Shown here piece after piece: positions 43,657 through 52,231 of a DNA stretch of 64,000 bases. The first letter of the stretch is position 1. Each line of letters begins with the position of its first letter. Below the pieces are notes generated by a model. It searched no databases and was not told the DNA's origin. It saw only the letters and a list, made by a program, of their open reading frames with translations. The stretch comes from Vicinamibacterales bacterium (GTDB lineage: Bacteria; Acidobacteriota; Vicinamibacteria; Vicinamibacterales; UBA8438), in contig CBDBMV010000002.1 of assembly GCA_965207665.1 (NCBI GenBank), positions 89,704-153,703 on the forward strand, read 5' to 3'. The position numbers and the translations under genes were made by a program.

Positions 43657-44223
43657 ATGCGCGGAGAGAAAATTCTGTATCTGTTGACGGGGATCCTGAT
43701 CGGCGCGGTCGGTTTCGGCTGCGTGAGCATGCAGGTGGAGCCCACGGCGGAGGCGGAGGATGCCGGCTCGGCCGAGCTGACCGGCGCGGACCTGGCCGAG
43801 ATCCAGCAACTGGCCTCGCAGTACAGCCAGGGCAGCGACCTCGGCAACGCCGACATGTGGGTGAACGTCTTCGCCGACGACGGCATCTTCCGCATCGCCG
43901 ACTACGGCGAGTGGGTCGGCCGCGAGGAGATCCGCCAGTACCGGACCGAGACGTTCGCGCCGCGTCCGGAAAATTACAACTACCGCCACTGGAACAGCAG
44001 TTGGGTGATCCTGCCCGACGGGAATGGCGGCGCCACGGGCAAGGTGTACTGGATGGGCTTCGACCCGACCGCCGAGCCGCTCGTCGTCACCGACACCGGC
44101 ATCTACCACGACGAGTACGTCAAGACGCCGGACGGCTGGCGGATGGCGGTGCGGCACGCGATGCCCGACCCCGCCGTCGAGGGCGGCAGCGGCAGCCGGC
44201 CCGTCAGCCTGCAGAACCGGTAG
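43657..44223 (+). CDS. SnoaL/NTF2-like fold protein with N-terminal TM anchor
   Basis: AGGAGG upstream of the ATG at 43657. IQQLASQYSQGSDLGNADMWVNVFADDGIF ... YRHWNSSWVI ... DGWRMAVRH. Confidence 0.65.
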   Translation: MRGEKILYLLTGILIGAVGFGCVSMQVEPTAEAEDAGSAELTGADLAEIQQLASQYSQGSDLGNADMWVNVFADDGIFRIADYGEWVGREEIRQYRTETFAPRPENYNYRHWNSSWVILPDGNGGATGKVYWMGFDPTAEPLVVTDTGIYHDEYVKTPDGWRMAVRHAMPDPAVEGGSGSRPVSLQNR

Positions 44224-44264
44224 CTGGCCGTTACGTTCGTCAGAGTGAACCAGGGGAGGTTGTA

Positions 44265-45239
44265 ATGAATCTACGTACCATTGCTGCGCTGTTGGCGCTG
44301 TTAATCCCGCTGCTGCTCGCGCCCGCGCCCGCCGCGGCGCAGTCGGAGGCCGGCTGGAACGCGCCCAGGACGGACTGGGGCCATCCGGACCTGCAGGGAG
44401 TCTGGTCGAACAAGACCACGACGCCCCTGGAGCGTCCCGCGGACCTGGCCGGCAAGACGGAGCTGACGGACGAGGAGTGGGCGCTGCGCAACCCCGAGGC
44501 GGGCCTGAGCGACGACCGCCCGAGCGGCGACCCGGTCGGCTTCTACAACGATTACTGGCTGGAGCAGGGCGAGCTGTCGAAGGCGACCTCGCTCATCGTG
44601 GACCCGCCGGACGGCCGGCTGCCGGCGTCGACGCCCTCCGAGCAGGAGCTGCAACGCACCGCGAAGAGCTCCTACAGCTCCATCGGCGGCGCGAGCTTCG
44701 ACACCTACCTCGAGTTCAACGCCTACGACCGCTGCATCACGCGCGGCATGCCGGGGGCGATGACGCCGGGGTTCTACAACCACAACTACCAGATCCTCCA
44801 GACGCCGGACCACGTCGTGATCATGGTCGAGATGATCCACGACGCGCGCATCATCCCGCTGGACGGCAGCCCGCATCCCGATCCTTCGATACGGCAGTGG
44901 ATGGGCGACTCGCGCGGCTACTGGGACGGTGACACGCTGGTCGTCGAGAGCCGCAACTTCACCGGCAAGATCCCGCACCGCATCGGCACGGTGTCGGCCG
45001 GAAGCGAGCATCTCCACGTGGTGGAGCGGTTCACCCGCGTGGACGCTGACACCATCGACTACCAGGTGACCGTGACGGATCCCACCATCTGGACCAGCTC
45101 CTGGACGACGTCGATGCCGATGACGGTGCTGGACGGCTCGATCTACGAGTACGCGTGCCACGAAGGCAACTACTTCCTGCCGAACGCGCTGCGTGGTTCA
45201 CGTGCGGAGGAAGCGGCCATGGAGTCCGCGTCGAAGTAA
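44265..45239 (+). CDS. Secreted protein, uncharacterised paralog family (copy P10)
   Basis: Start trimmed to MNLRTIAALLALLIPLLLAPAPAAAQ. PRTDWGHPDLQGVW ... YACHEGNY. Confidence 0.85.
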   Translation: MNLRTIAALLALLIPLLLAPAPAAAQSEAGWNAPRTDWGHPDLQGVWSNKTTTPLERPADLAGKTELTDEEWALRNPEAGLSDDRPSGDPVGFYNDYWLEQGELSKATSLIVDPPDGRLPASTPSEQELQRTAKSSYSSIGGASFDTYLEFNAYDRCITRGMPGAMTPGFYNHNYQILQTPDHVVIMVEMIHDARIIPLDGSPHPDPSIRQWMGDSRGYWDGDTLVVESRNFTGKIPHRIGTVSAGSEHLHVVERFTRVDADTIDYQVTVTDPTIWTSSWTTSMPMTVLDGSIYEYACHEGNYFLPNALRGSRAEEAAMESASK

Positions 45240-45251
45240 GTAGCCGCATCC

Positions 45252-46013
45252 TTGGAGCTGTACGACGAGCTGGCGGCCTGGTGGCCGCTGCTGGATGATC
45301 CGGCCGACTACGCCGAGGAGGCCGGCGTCTACAGCGATCTGCTCGCCGGCGCCTGCGACCGGCCCATCGAGTCGCTCCTGGAACTGGGCAGCGGCGGCGG
45401 CAACAACGCGTCGCACATGAAGCGGCGCTTTGCCCGGCTCGTCCTGAGCGATCTCTCCCCCGGCATGCTGGAGGTCAACCGCGCGCTCAACCCGGAGTGC
45501 GAGCACCACCGCGGCGACATGCGGACGCTGCGCCTGAACCGCACCTTCGACGCGGTCTTCGTCCACGATGCGGTCTGCTACATGACGACGGAGGCCGACC
45601 TGCGGCGCGCCATGGAGACGGCCTGGATCCACTGCCGGGCCGGCGGCGCGGCGCTCTTCGCGCCGGACTACGTGCGGGAGAACTTCCGGGCGGGCACGAC
45701 CTCAGGCGGCTGCGACGAACGGCGCGCGCCGCATGCCGGCGAGGAATGCCCGCGCGGGTTGCGCTACCTGGAATGGGTGTGGGACCCGGATCCGTCCGAC
45801 ACGCAGTACCTGGCCGACTACGCCTTCCTGCTCAGGGAGCGCGACGGCAGCGTGCGCACCGTGCAGGACCGCCACGTCGAGGGGCTGTTCCCCCGCGAGC
45901 TGTGGCTGTCGCTGCTGGCGGAAGTCGGCTTCGAGGCGCGCAGCGTGCCGCTGGTCCTCTCTGACGTGGAGCCCGGCCGGCACGAGATGTTCGCGTGCCG
46001 GCGGCCGGGCTGA
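45252..46013 (+). CDS. Class I SAM-dependent methyltransferase
   Basis: LLELGSGGGNNASHM motif I. TTG start as in the ORF track; start uncertain. Confidence 0.7.
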   Translation: MELYDELAAWWPLLDDPADYAEEAGVYSDLLAGACDRPIESLLELGSGGGNNASHMKRRFARLVLSDLSPGMLEVNRALNPECEHHRGDMRTLRLNRTFDAVFVHDAVCYMTTEADLRRAMETAWIHCRAGGAALFAPDYVRENFRAGTTSGGCDERRAPHAGEECPRGLRYLEWVWDPDPSDTQYLADYAFLLRERDGSVRTVQDRHVEGLFPRELWLSLLAEVGFEARSVPLVLSDVEPGRHEMFACRRPG

Positions 46014-46019
46014 CAACAA

Positions 46020-46038
46020 CCGTTCGCGGGACGAACGG
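46020..46038. terminator. Hairpin between convergent genes (possible bidirectional terminator)
   Basis: CCGTTCG-CGGGA-CGAACGG (7-bp stem). No clear U-tract. Confidence 0.3.
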
Positions 46039-46052
46039 CAGCCGCGGGCTGG

Positions 46053-46541
46053 CTACTCCCCGCGGTACTCCTCTTCGGTCACCGGGCCGAACCAGGAGGT
46101 CGGTCTGTCGCCGGCGCCGCCGAGGACGGTGAGCTGCACCACGTGCTCGTCCGGCGAGGCCCCGTGCCAGTGCACGACGCCCGCGGCCGCGAAGACTGGA
46201 CTCCCGCCGGGCACCAGCTCGATGATCTCGCCGCCGCGCACCTGCGTGCGGCCGCGACCCTCTTCGGCCGCCAGGATCTGCCAGCCGCCATGGCTGTGCC
46301 AGTTCGAGCGGACCCCGGCCTCGAAGCGCAGGCGGAGCGCCCGCATGTCGGACGAGTCCGGCCGGCTCGGCTCGCCGCCGGTGAAGTTGCTCTGGACAGC
46401 CGCCGTGGTCTCCGGCTGGCCGAACACGAGGATTGCGAACACGCCCGCCGCCACGATGGCGAGCAGGATGCTCACCCGGGATTGCGCCTGCCTCATCATG
46501 TCGCTTCTCCCTCTGTCCTGCTTCTGTCGTAAGCCTAACAT
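46053..46541 (-). CDS. Cupin-domain protein
   Basis: WHSHGGWQ ... GVVHWHGA cupin motifs. N-terminal TM or signal segment; the start could be the internal MMRQAQ. Confidence 0.7.
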   Translation of the reverse strand: MLGLRQKQDRGRSDMMRQAQSRVSILLAIVAAGVFAILVFGQPETTAAVQSNFTGGEPSRPDSSDMRALRLRFEAGVRSNWHSHGGWQILAAEEGRGRTQVRGGEIIELVPGGSPVFAAAGVVHWHGASPDEHVVQLTVLGGAGDRPTSWFGPVTEEEYRGE

Positions 46542-46572
46542 CGCCGCAGGGATTGCATGGACAGGAAAATGG

Positions 46573-46601
46573 TTGACAGTCGATCCAGATAACTCTAGTT
46601 T
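46573..46601 (+). promoter_or_regulatory. Candidate sigma70-type promoter of the TonB-receptor operon
   Basis: TTGACA (46573-46578), 17-nt spacer, TAGTTT (46596-46601), within an unusually A+T-rich 60-bp stretch. Confidence 0.35.
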
Positions 46602-46630
46602 ATAAAGTAACTCTCGTTTTAAGAGTTTCT

Positions 46631-48877
46631 ATGGTTGAGAGGACTCGCCGTGGCGCGCGACTCGGACGCATCCTGTGCTGGATGATTGTCGCGCTGCCGC
46701 TAACCGGCCAGGCCGCCGTGAGTGAGACAACCCACCAGCAGGAGACCGTAATTCGGGGCGTCGTGACGGACAGGGATGGGCGGCCGCTCGCCGGCGTGCA
46801 GGTCTACATGCAGGGCAGCCAGACCCTCGAGGCAACCGATGCGCAGGGCCGCTTCGTCCTGCGCACCGGGGAGACGGGATCCCGCGTGCTCGTCGCCTTC
46901 GCTCCCGGATACTGGTCGTCGGAAGTGCTGCTCGAGCTCGACGGCTCCGCACTGGACGTCGAGGTGTTGATGGAGCCTGCCGACCTGGCGGAGACGGTCG
47001 AGGTCGCGGCGCCCGCGCCCGAAGACGCGGCTCCCTCGGTGCAGGCGTTCGAAGCCCTCGACGTCGTGCGGCTTCCGGGCGCGCAGGCCGACGTGATGCT
47101 CTACGTCCAGAACCTGGCCGGGGTGAATCAACTCAACGACGAAGCCGGGTTGTTCGTGCGCGGCGGCGATTCGAACGAAGTGCTCACGATGCTCGACGAG
47201 GCCGTGCTGTACCACCCCTACCGCTACGAGACGGTAACCGGCGGTATCCGTGGAACCGTGGATCCGTTTCTGACGAGCGGAATCGCCTTCAGTTCCGGCG
47301 GCTTTCCGGCACGGTACGGGAACGCGCTGAGCGGCGTGCTGGAGATGAGCGGCCTGGGACGGCCGGCGGCGCCCGCGGCAGGGGCGACGCTGGCGCTGAG
47401 CGGCGTTTCCGGCAATGCATCCCTGCCTGTACGCGATCAGGGCGGCGTACGCGTCTCCGGTAACTGGTCGGAGACAGGCCCGATGTTCCGCTTGAACCGG
47501 TCGCCGCGGGCGTTCACCCGCCATCCGGATTCCCGGGATGTGAACGCCAGCGGCCACTACGAATCACCGGCGCTCGGATCGTTCAAGGTGTTCGGGATGT
47601 CGCTGCGGGAGAACGTCGGCATCGAGATCGAGCGGGAAGCGTTCCGGGGCTTCCTGGAATCGGCGAATGCGAACGACCTGGCGTACCTGCGCTGGGACAA
47701 GCTGTCCGCGGGCGGATGGCGCGCGGGCGCGACGTTGGCCGTGACCGAGTACCGCAGCGGCACACATGCCGGTGCGCTCGACATCCAGCAGGCCGATCGC
47801 CGGCAGTCCTGGCGCTTCGACGTGTCCCGCATCACCGCCGCCGGGACCGTTCGTTTCGGGACCGACGGGAGCAGGTCGCGCCACGCCTTCGCGGGACGTG
47901 CGCCGCACACGAGCGTCGACGTCGGTGGCGTGCGGGGTGTGTCGTCGTTCGACGTCGCGTTCGACGACTGGCACTCCGGCTCCTACGTCGAGTTCGAGGG
48001 CGCGCCGGGAGTGCTCGTGCCAAACCTCGGCGTGCGCATCGACCGGTTCGACCGCGCCGGCGCCACCAGGATTGACCCGCGGCTGGGCCTGCTCGTCAGA
48101 ACCGGGGAACGCCAGCGGCTCCGCGTCGCCTGGGGCGTCTACCACCAGGCTCCCGGGACGGGCAGCTACTACGGCTCCTACCGCGGATCGGCTGCCCTGG
48201 AGCCGATGAAGGCGTACCACTGGGTGGGCGGCTACGAGTACGCGGCCCCGGACGAGTCGCTGCAGTTGCGTGTGGAGGCGTATTACAAGCGCTATCGTGA
48301 TCTACCGCTCGAGTACCCGGCGAGGACGTTCTCGTCCACGGGGTACGGCGCTGCCCGCGGCGTCGACCTGTACGCACGGAAGGGCTGGCGGAACCTGAGT
48401 GTGGAAGCCGTCTACGGTTGGCTGCACACCCGGCGCAGATGGACGTCGACGGTAGAGGCGTCACGCGGCCTCGACGTCCCGGAAACGGGAACGTGGACGC
48501 CCCACTTCGCGATTCCCCACGGGCTGCGCGCGACGGCGACGGTCGCGGTGACAGACACCGTGACCGCCTCGGCGAGCTGGCGTACAGCGTCCGGACGGCC
48601 ATTCACGCCCGTCGTGGCCGCGAGACCAGGCGAGCTGGGATACGTGCCGGTCTACGGCGCCATCAACTCGGACCGCGCGCCGCGCTACGAACGGCTCGAC
48701 CTCGGCATGGACATCATTACGCCGTTCGGTCCGATCCTGTTCGCCGCGGTCACGAACGCGCTGGGCCGGGACAACGTGCTGGATTACGCCTACTCGCCCG
48801 ACTACGCCGAACGCAGGCCCGTCGCGGTCGCGTTGCCGCGGGCCGTATATTTCGGAATGACGGTGTCGTTGCGCTAG
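46631..48877 (+). CDS. TonB-dependent receptor-like outer-membrane protein with carboxypeptidase-regulatory-like N-terminal domain
   Basis: IRGVVTDRDGRPLAGVQVYMQGSQTLEATDAQGRFVL, a plug-like region (VVRLPGAQADV ... FVRGGDSNEV) and a long beta-rich C-terminus. Confidence 0.7.
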   Translation: MVERTRRGARLGRILCWMIVALPLTGQAAVSETTHQQETVIRGVVTDRDGRPLAGVQVYMQGSQTLEATDAQGRFVLRTGETGSRVLVAFAPGYWSSEVLLELDGSALDVEVLMEPADLAETVEVAAPAPEDAAPSVQAFEALDVVRLPGAQADVMLYVQNLAGVNQLNDEAGLFVRGGDSNEVLTMLDEAVLYHPYRYETVTGGIRGTVDPFLTSGIAFSSGGFPARYGNALSGVLEMSGLGRPAAPAAGATLALSGVSGNASLPVRDQGGVRVSGNWSETGPMFRLNRSPRAFTRHPDSRDVNASGHYESPALGSFKVFGMSLRENVGIEIEREAFRGFLESANANDLAYLRWDKLSAGGWRAGATLAVTEYRSGTHAGALDIQQADRRQSWRFDVSRITAAGTVRFGTDGSRSRHAFAGRAPHTSVDVGGVRGVSSFDVAFDDWHSGSYVEFEGAPGVLVPNLGVRIDRFDRAGATRIDPRLGLLVRTGERQRLRVAWGVYHQAPGTGSYYGSYRGSAALEPMKAYHWVGGYEYAAPDESLQLRVEAYYKRYRDLPLEYPARTFSSTGYGAARGVDLYARKGWRNLSVEAVYGWLHTRRRWTSTVEASRGLDVPETGTWTPHFAIPHGLRATATVAVTDTVTASASWRTASGRPFTPVVAARPGELGYVPVYGAINSDRAPRYERLDLGMDIITPFGPILFAAVTNALGRDNVLDYAYSPDYAERRPVAVALPRAVYFGMTVSLR

Positions 48878-48899
48878 CTACCAGAAGAAGAGGTATCTC

Positions 48900-49670
48900 A
48901 TGCGGCGAACGGAAAGTGCGGTGTTTGCCTTCGGCATGGTCGCCCTGCTGGCGGCGCCGGCCACGGGGGCGGAGTTTGCGGAAGTCTGGCCCGGAGTCGT
49001 CGAGCGGATCGAGCGGGCGTACGTGCTGGGCGACGCCTCGGGAATGCGGTCCGCGCGAACGGCTGTCAAGGAGCTGCTGGGCTCCCAGCTGACGGACGAC
49101 CAGCGATCGATCGCGCGCTACACCGTCGCCTACCTCAACTGGCGGCTGTTCTTCCTCACGGACAGCTCGGCCGACGATGAGCGGGAGGCGCTGCTCGACG
49201 AAGCATTGGAGCTGCTGGGCGCAGATGTCGCGGAAAACGACGCCAACGCGGAATCTCACGCGCTGATGGCCAGCGTCTACGGCCTGCAGATCAGCCAGTC
49301 CCGCCTGAGAGCGGCGTTCCTCGGCACGCGGGCGGGTCGCGCGTCCGCGCGCGCCGCGGAGCTCGAACCGAATAATCCCCGCGTGCTGCTGCTCGACGGC
49401 ATCGGCAAGCTGAACACGCCCAGGGCGTTCGGCGGCGGCGAAGACCGGGCCGAGGCACTGCTGCTGCGGGCCGCCGCGGCGTTCCGCACGGAGCCGCCCG
49501 GTCGCCCGTGGCCGCGTTGGGGGCGCATCGATGCGTACGCGTGGCTGGGACAGGTTGCGGTCAGGCGTGGTGACGCGGACGCTGCACGGCGATACTACCT
49601 GCAGGCGCTCGATATCGAACCGGAGTTCGCCTGGGTGCGCCAGGTGCTGCTGCCGGCGCTGGAGCAGTGA
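48900..49670 (+). CDS. Secreted helical-repeat (TPR-like) protein
   Basis: Signal peptide and Ala/Leu-rich helical repeats, ending VAVRRGDADAARRYYLQALDIEPEF. Confidence 0.55.
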   Translation: MRRTESAVFAFGMVALLAAPATGAEFAEVWPGVVERIERAYVLGDASGMRSARTAVKELLGSQLTDDQRSIARYTVAYLNWRLFFLTDSSADDEREALLDEALELLGADVAENDANAESHALMASVYGLQISQSRLRAAFLGTRAGRASARAAELEPNNPRVLLLDGIGKLNTPRAFGGGEDRAEALLLRAAAAFRTEPPGRPWPRWGRIDAYAWLGQVAVRRGDADAARRYYLQALDIEPEFAWVRQVLLPALEQ

Positions 49671-49741
49671 CCGCGCCAGGAGCAGGGCAGGCGCGAGAGG
49701 TATGCCGCCTATATGCTTATTGCGTCATCAAGGAGGAGCAC

Positions 49742-51088
49742 GTGCGGCACGGGATAGCGCTGGCGCTCGGCGCCGGCCTGGTCGCCCTGACGGGCAGCGG
49801 ACTGCACGCCGAGGACTGGCCGCAGTGGTGGGGGCCGGACCGCAGCGGCGTCTGGCGCGAGACGGGCATCGTCGAACGCTTTCCCGAAGACGGCCTCAAG
49901 GTAACCTGGAGCGTCCCGATCGGCAACGGCTTCGGCGGGCCGGCCGTGGCCGACGGCCGCGTGTTCGTCACCGACTGGCACGAGGACCCGGAGTCGCGCA
50001 CGGTCGACGGCACCGAACGGGTGCTGGCGCTCGACGAGGAGACCGGCGAGATCCTCTGGACGTACTCCTGGGGCACGACCTACCGCACGCTCATGCTGTC
50101 GTACGCGGCCGGCCCGATGGCCACGCCGACGGTCGACGGGGACCGCGTCTACGTGCTCGGCGCCACCGGGCTGCTCTGGTGTCTCGACGTCGAGACCGGC
50201 GCCGTCATCTGGCACCGCAACTACCTCGCGGAATACGACGCCAGCATGCCGGAGACCGGCAGCTCCAGCGCGCCGCTCGTGGACGGGGACCAGCTCATTA
50301 CGGTTGTCGGCGGGGAGCCGGATGCCCTCGTCGTCTCGTTCGACAAGTACACCGGCGCGGAGTTGTGGCGGTCCCTGGAAGTGACCGGCGGCAGCCGGGC
50401 GGCGCCGATCATCTACGAGGCGGGCGGCGTCCGCCAGTTGATCATCTGGCACCCGTCTGCACTGGTGTCTCTCAACCCCGAGAACGGAGAGGTCTACTGG
50501 GAGGAGCCCTGGCAGGTCGGCGGCATGAACGTGGTCACGCCGGTCAGGTCGGGCAACTACCTGCTGGTCAGCAACTTCTACAACGGCTCGATGATGATGC
50601 GGCTCAGCAACGACCGGCCGGCCGCGACGATGATGTGGAAGGGATCGAGCCGCAGCGAATTCCCGAACGAGACCGACGGACTGCACGCCGTCATCACGCC
50701 CCCGCAGATCATCGGCGACTACGTCTACGGCGTGGGGAGCTACGGCGAGCTGCGCGGTCTCGACGCGCTCACCGGCGAGCGGCTGTGGATGAGCGGGGAG
50801 ATGACGCCCCAGTCGCGCTGGGGCGGCGCGTTCATCGTGCAACACGAAGACCGCTACTTCGTCAACAACGACGACGGCGACCTCATCATCGCGCAGTTCA
50901 CGCCGGAGGGCTACGTCGAGCTCGATCGCACGAAGCTGATCGAGGCCACTACGAGCGCAGGTTACGGTCCGCGCAGGCGGCACGACCGGCTGGTCAACTG
51001 GTGCCACCCGGCCTACGCCAACCGCCACATCGTGCAACGCAACGCGCAGCGGATCCTGCGCGCGTCGCTCGCGGCCGAAGACTACTAA
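49742..51088 (+). CDS. PQQ-like (BamB-type) beta-propeller repeat protein
   Basis: AAGGAGG upstream of the GTG at 49742, then a signal peptide. EDWPQWWGPDRSGVW ... GPAVADGRVFV and repeated propeller blades. Confidence 0.75.
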   Translation: MRHGIALALGAGLVALTGSGLHAEDWPQWWGPDRSGVWRETGIVERFPEDGLKVTWSVPIGNGFGGPAVADGRVFVTDWHEDPESRTVDGTERVLALDEETGEILWTYSWGTTYRTLMLSYAAGPMATPTVDGDRVYVLGATGLLWCLDVETGAVIWHRNYLAEYDASMPETGSSSAPLVDGDQLITVVGGEPDALVVSFDKYTGAELWRSLEVTGGSRAAPIIYEAGGVRQLIIWHPSALVSLNPENGEVYWEEPWQVGGMNVVTPVRSGNYLLVSNFYNGSMMMRLSNDRPAATMMWKGSSRSEFPNETDGLHAVITPPQIIGDYVYGVGSYGELRGLDALTGERLWMSGEMTPQSRWGGAFIVQHEDRYFVNNDDGDLIIAQFTPEGYVELDRTKLIEATTSAGYGPRRRHDRLVNWCHPAYANRHIVQRNAQRILRASLAAEDY

Positions 51089-51105
51089 TCGAGGGGAACA
51101 CCGTG

Positions 51106-52140
51106 ATGTGCAGCAGCAATATCCGTGCGGCGCGGTTCGTGATGGCGGCCGCAGTCCTGTTGTTGGGCGTGCAGGGAGCTGCCGCGCAAGTGACGGACGC
51201 GGTGGCCGCGGCCGTCGAGGGCGAAGCCTGGGTCCACCCGCGCACGCCGTGGGGCGACCCCGACCTGCAGGGCATCTGGAACAACACCGCGTGGAACGCG
51301 ACGCCCCTCGAATTTCAGACCGAGGAAGACATCGCGGAGACGGAAAGAAGGCGCAGGAATCGTCCCAGGCTCCCCGGCGCCGCCAGTGTCGGCTACGACG
51401 GCGATATCTGGGGTGAGGGCGCCCGCGCGGGGCGGGCCACGCCGCCGATCGACCTGACGCACCTGATCGTCGAACCGGCCAACGGCAAGCTGCCGGCCCT
51501 GACGCCGGAAGCGCAGCAGAGATGGGATGCCCGGCGCGAGGCCCGCAGGGGCCTTTCGCAGGACGAGCCGCGGCCGGGCGCCTGGGTCGAGGACGTCACC
51601 GTGTGGATGCGCTGCATCTCGCGCGGCCTGCCGGACGCGATGTTTCCCCGGCTGTACAACAACGTCTACCACTTCCTCCAGATCCCGGGGTACGTCGTCA
51701 TCGTCTACGAGATGATTCACGACGCCCGCATCATTCCCCTGGGCGGCGGTGCGCACCTGCCCGAGCACATGCGCCAATGGCTCGGCGACTCGCGCGGACG
51801 CTGGGAAGGCGACACGCTCGTGGTCGAGACGGAGAATTTCGTCGGCCATGAGTTCGGCCTGATTCCCCACGGCGGGGGCGGCGCCGGCACCTACCGCGGG
51901 GCGAGTAGGGCCCTGAAGCTCACCGAGCGCTTCACGCGCGTCTCGGACGAGTTCATCGACTACCGGTTCACGATCGACGATCCCTACCTCTATACGGCCC
52001 CCTGGACGGGTGCGGTTCCCCTGACGACGATCGAGAGTCCGGAGGGGATCCTGGAATACGCGTGCCACGAGGGGAACTACGCCATCGTCACCGCCCTCGG
52101 CGGCGCGCTCGCGCGCGACGCCGCTCCCGCGTCCAGGTAG
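51106..52140 (+). CDS. Secreted protein, uncharacterised paralog family (copy P11)
   Basis: Last 345 codons of a much longer artefactual ORF. MCSSNIRAARFVMAAAVLLLG signal, then PRTPWGDPDLQGIW ... EMIHDARIIPLGGGAH ... YACHEGNY. Confidence 0.85.
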   Translation: MCSSNIRAARFVMAAAVLLLGVQGAAAQVTDAVAAAVEGEAWVHPRTPWGDPDLQGIWNNTAWNATPLEFQTEEDIAETERRRRNRPRLPGAASVGYDGDIWGEGARAGRATPPIDLTHLIVEPANGKLPALTPEAQQRWDARREARRGLSQDEPRPGAWVEDVTVWMRCISRGLPDAMFPRLYNNVYHFLQIPGYVVIVYEMIHDARIIPLGGGAHLPEHMRQWLGDSRGRWEGDTLVVETENFVGHEFGLIPHGGGGAGTYRGASRALKLTERFTRVSDEFIDYRFTIDDPYLYTAPWTGAVPLTTIESPEGILEYACHEGNYAIVTALGGALARDAAPASR

Positions 52141-52231
52141 ATCCGGGGGCGGGCGAACGCCGCTTGACGGGTACGCCATCAGGTCCGAAATCGGCCAACG
52201 CGGCATCTGCTGCAACGCTATAGTGTCGGTG

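Noticed and set aside
49531-51105. N-terminal 525 codons of the 869-aa ORF 49531..52140
   Set aside because: Only the last 345 codons (from the ATG at 51106, with a signal peptide and the family blocks) look genuine. The upstream part overlaps the PQQ-like propeller gene out of frame.
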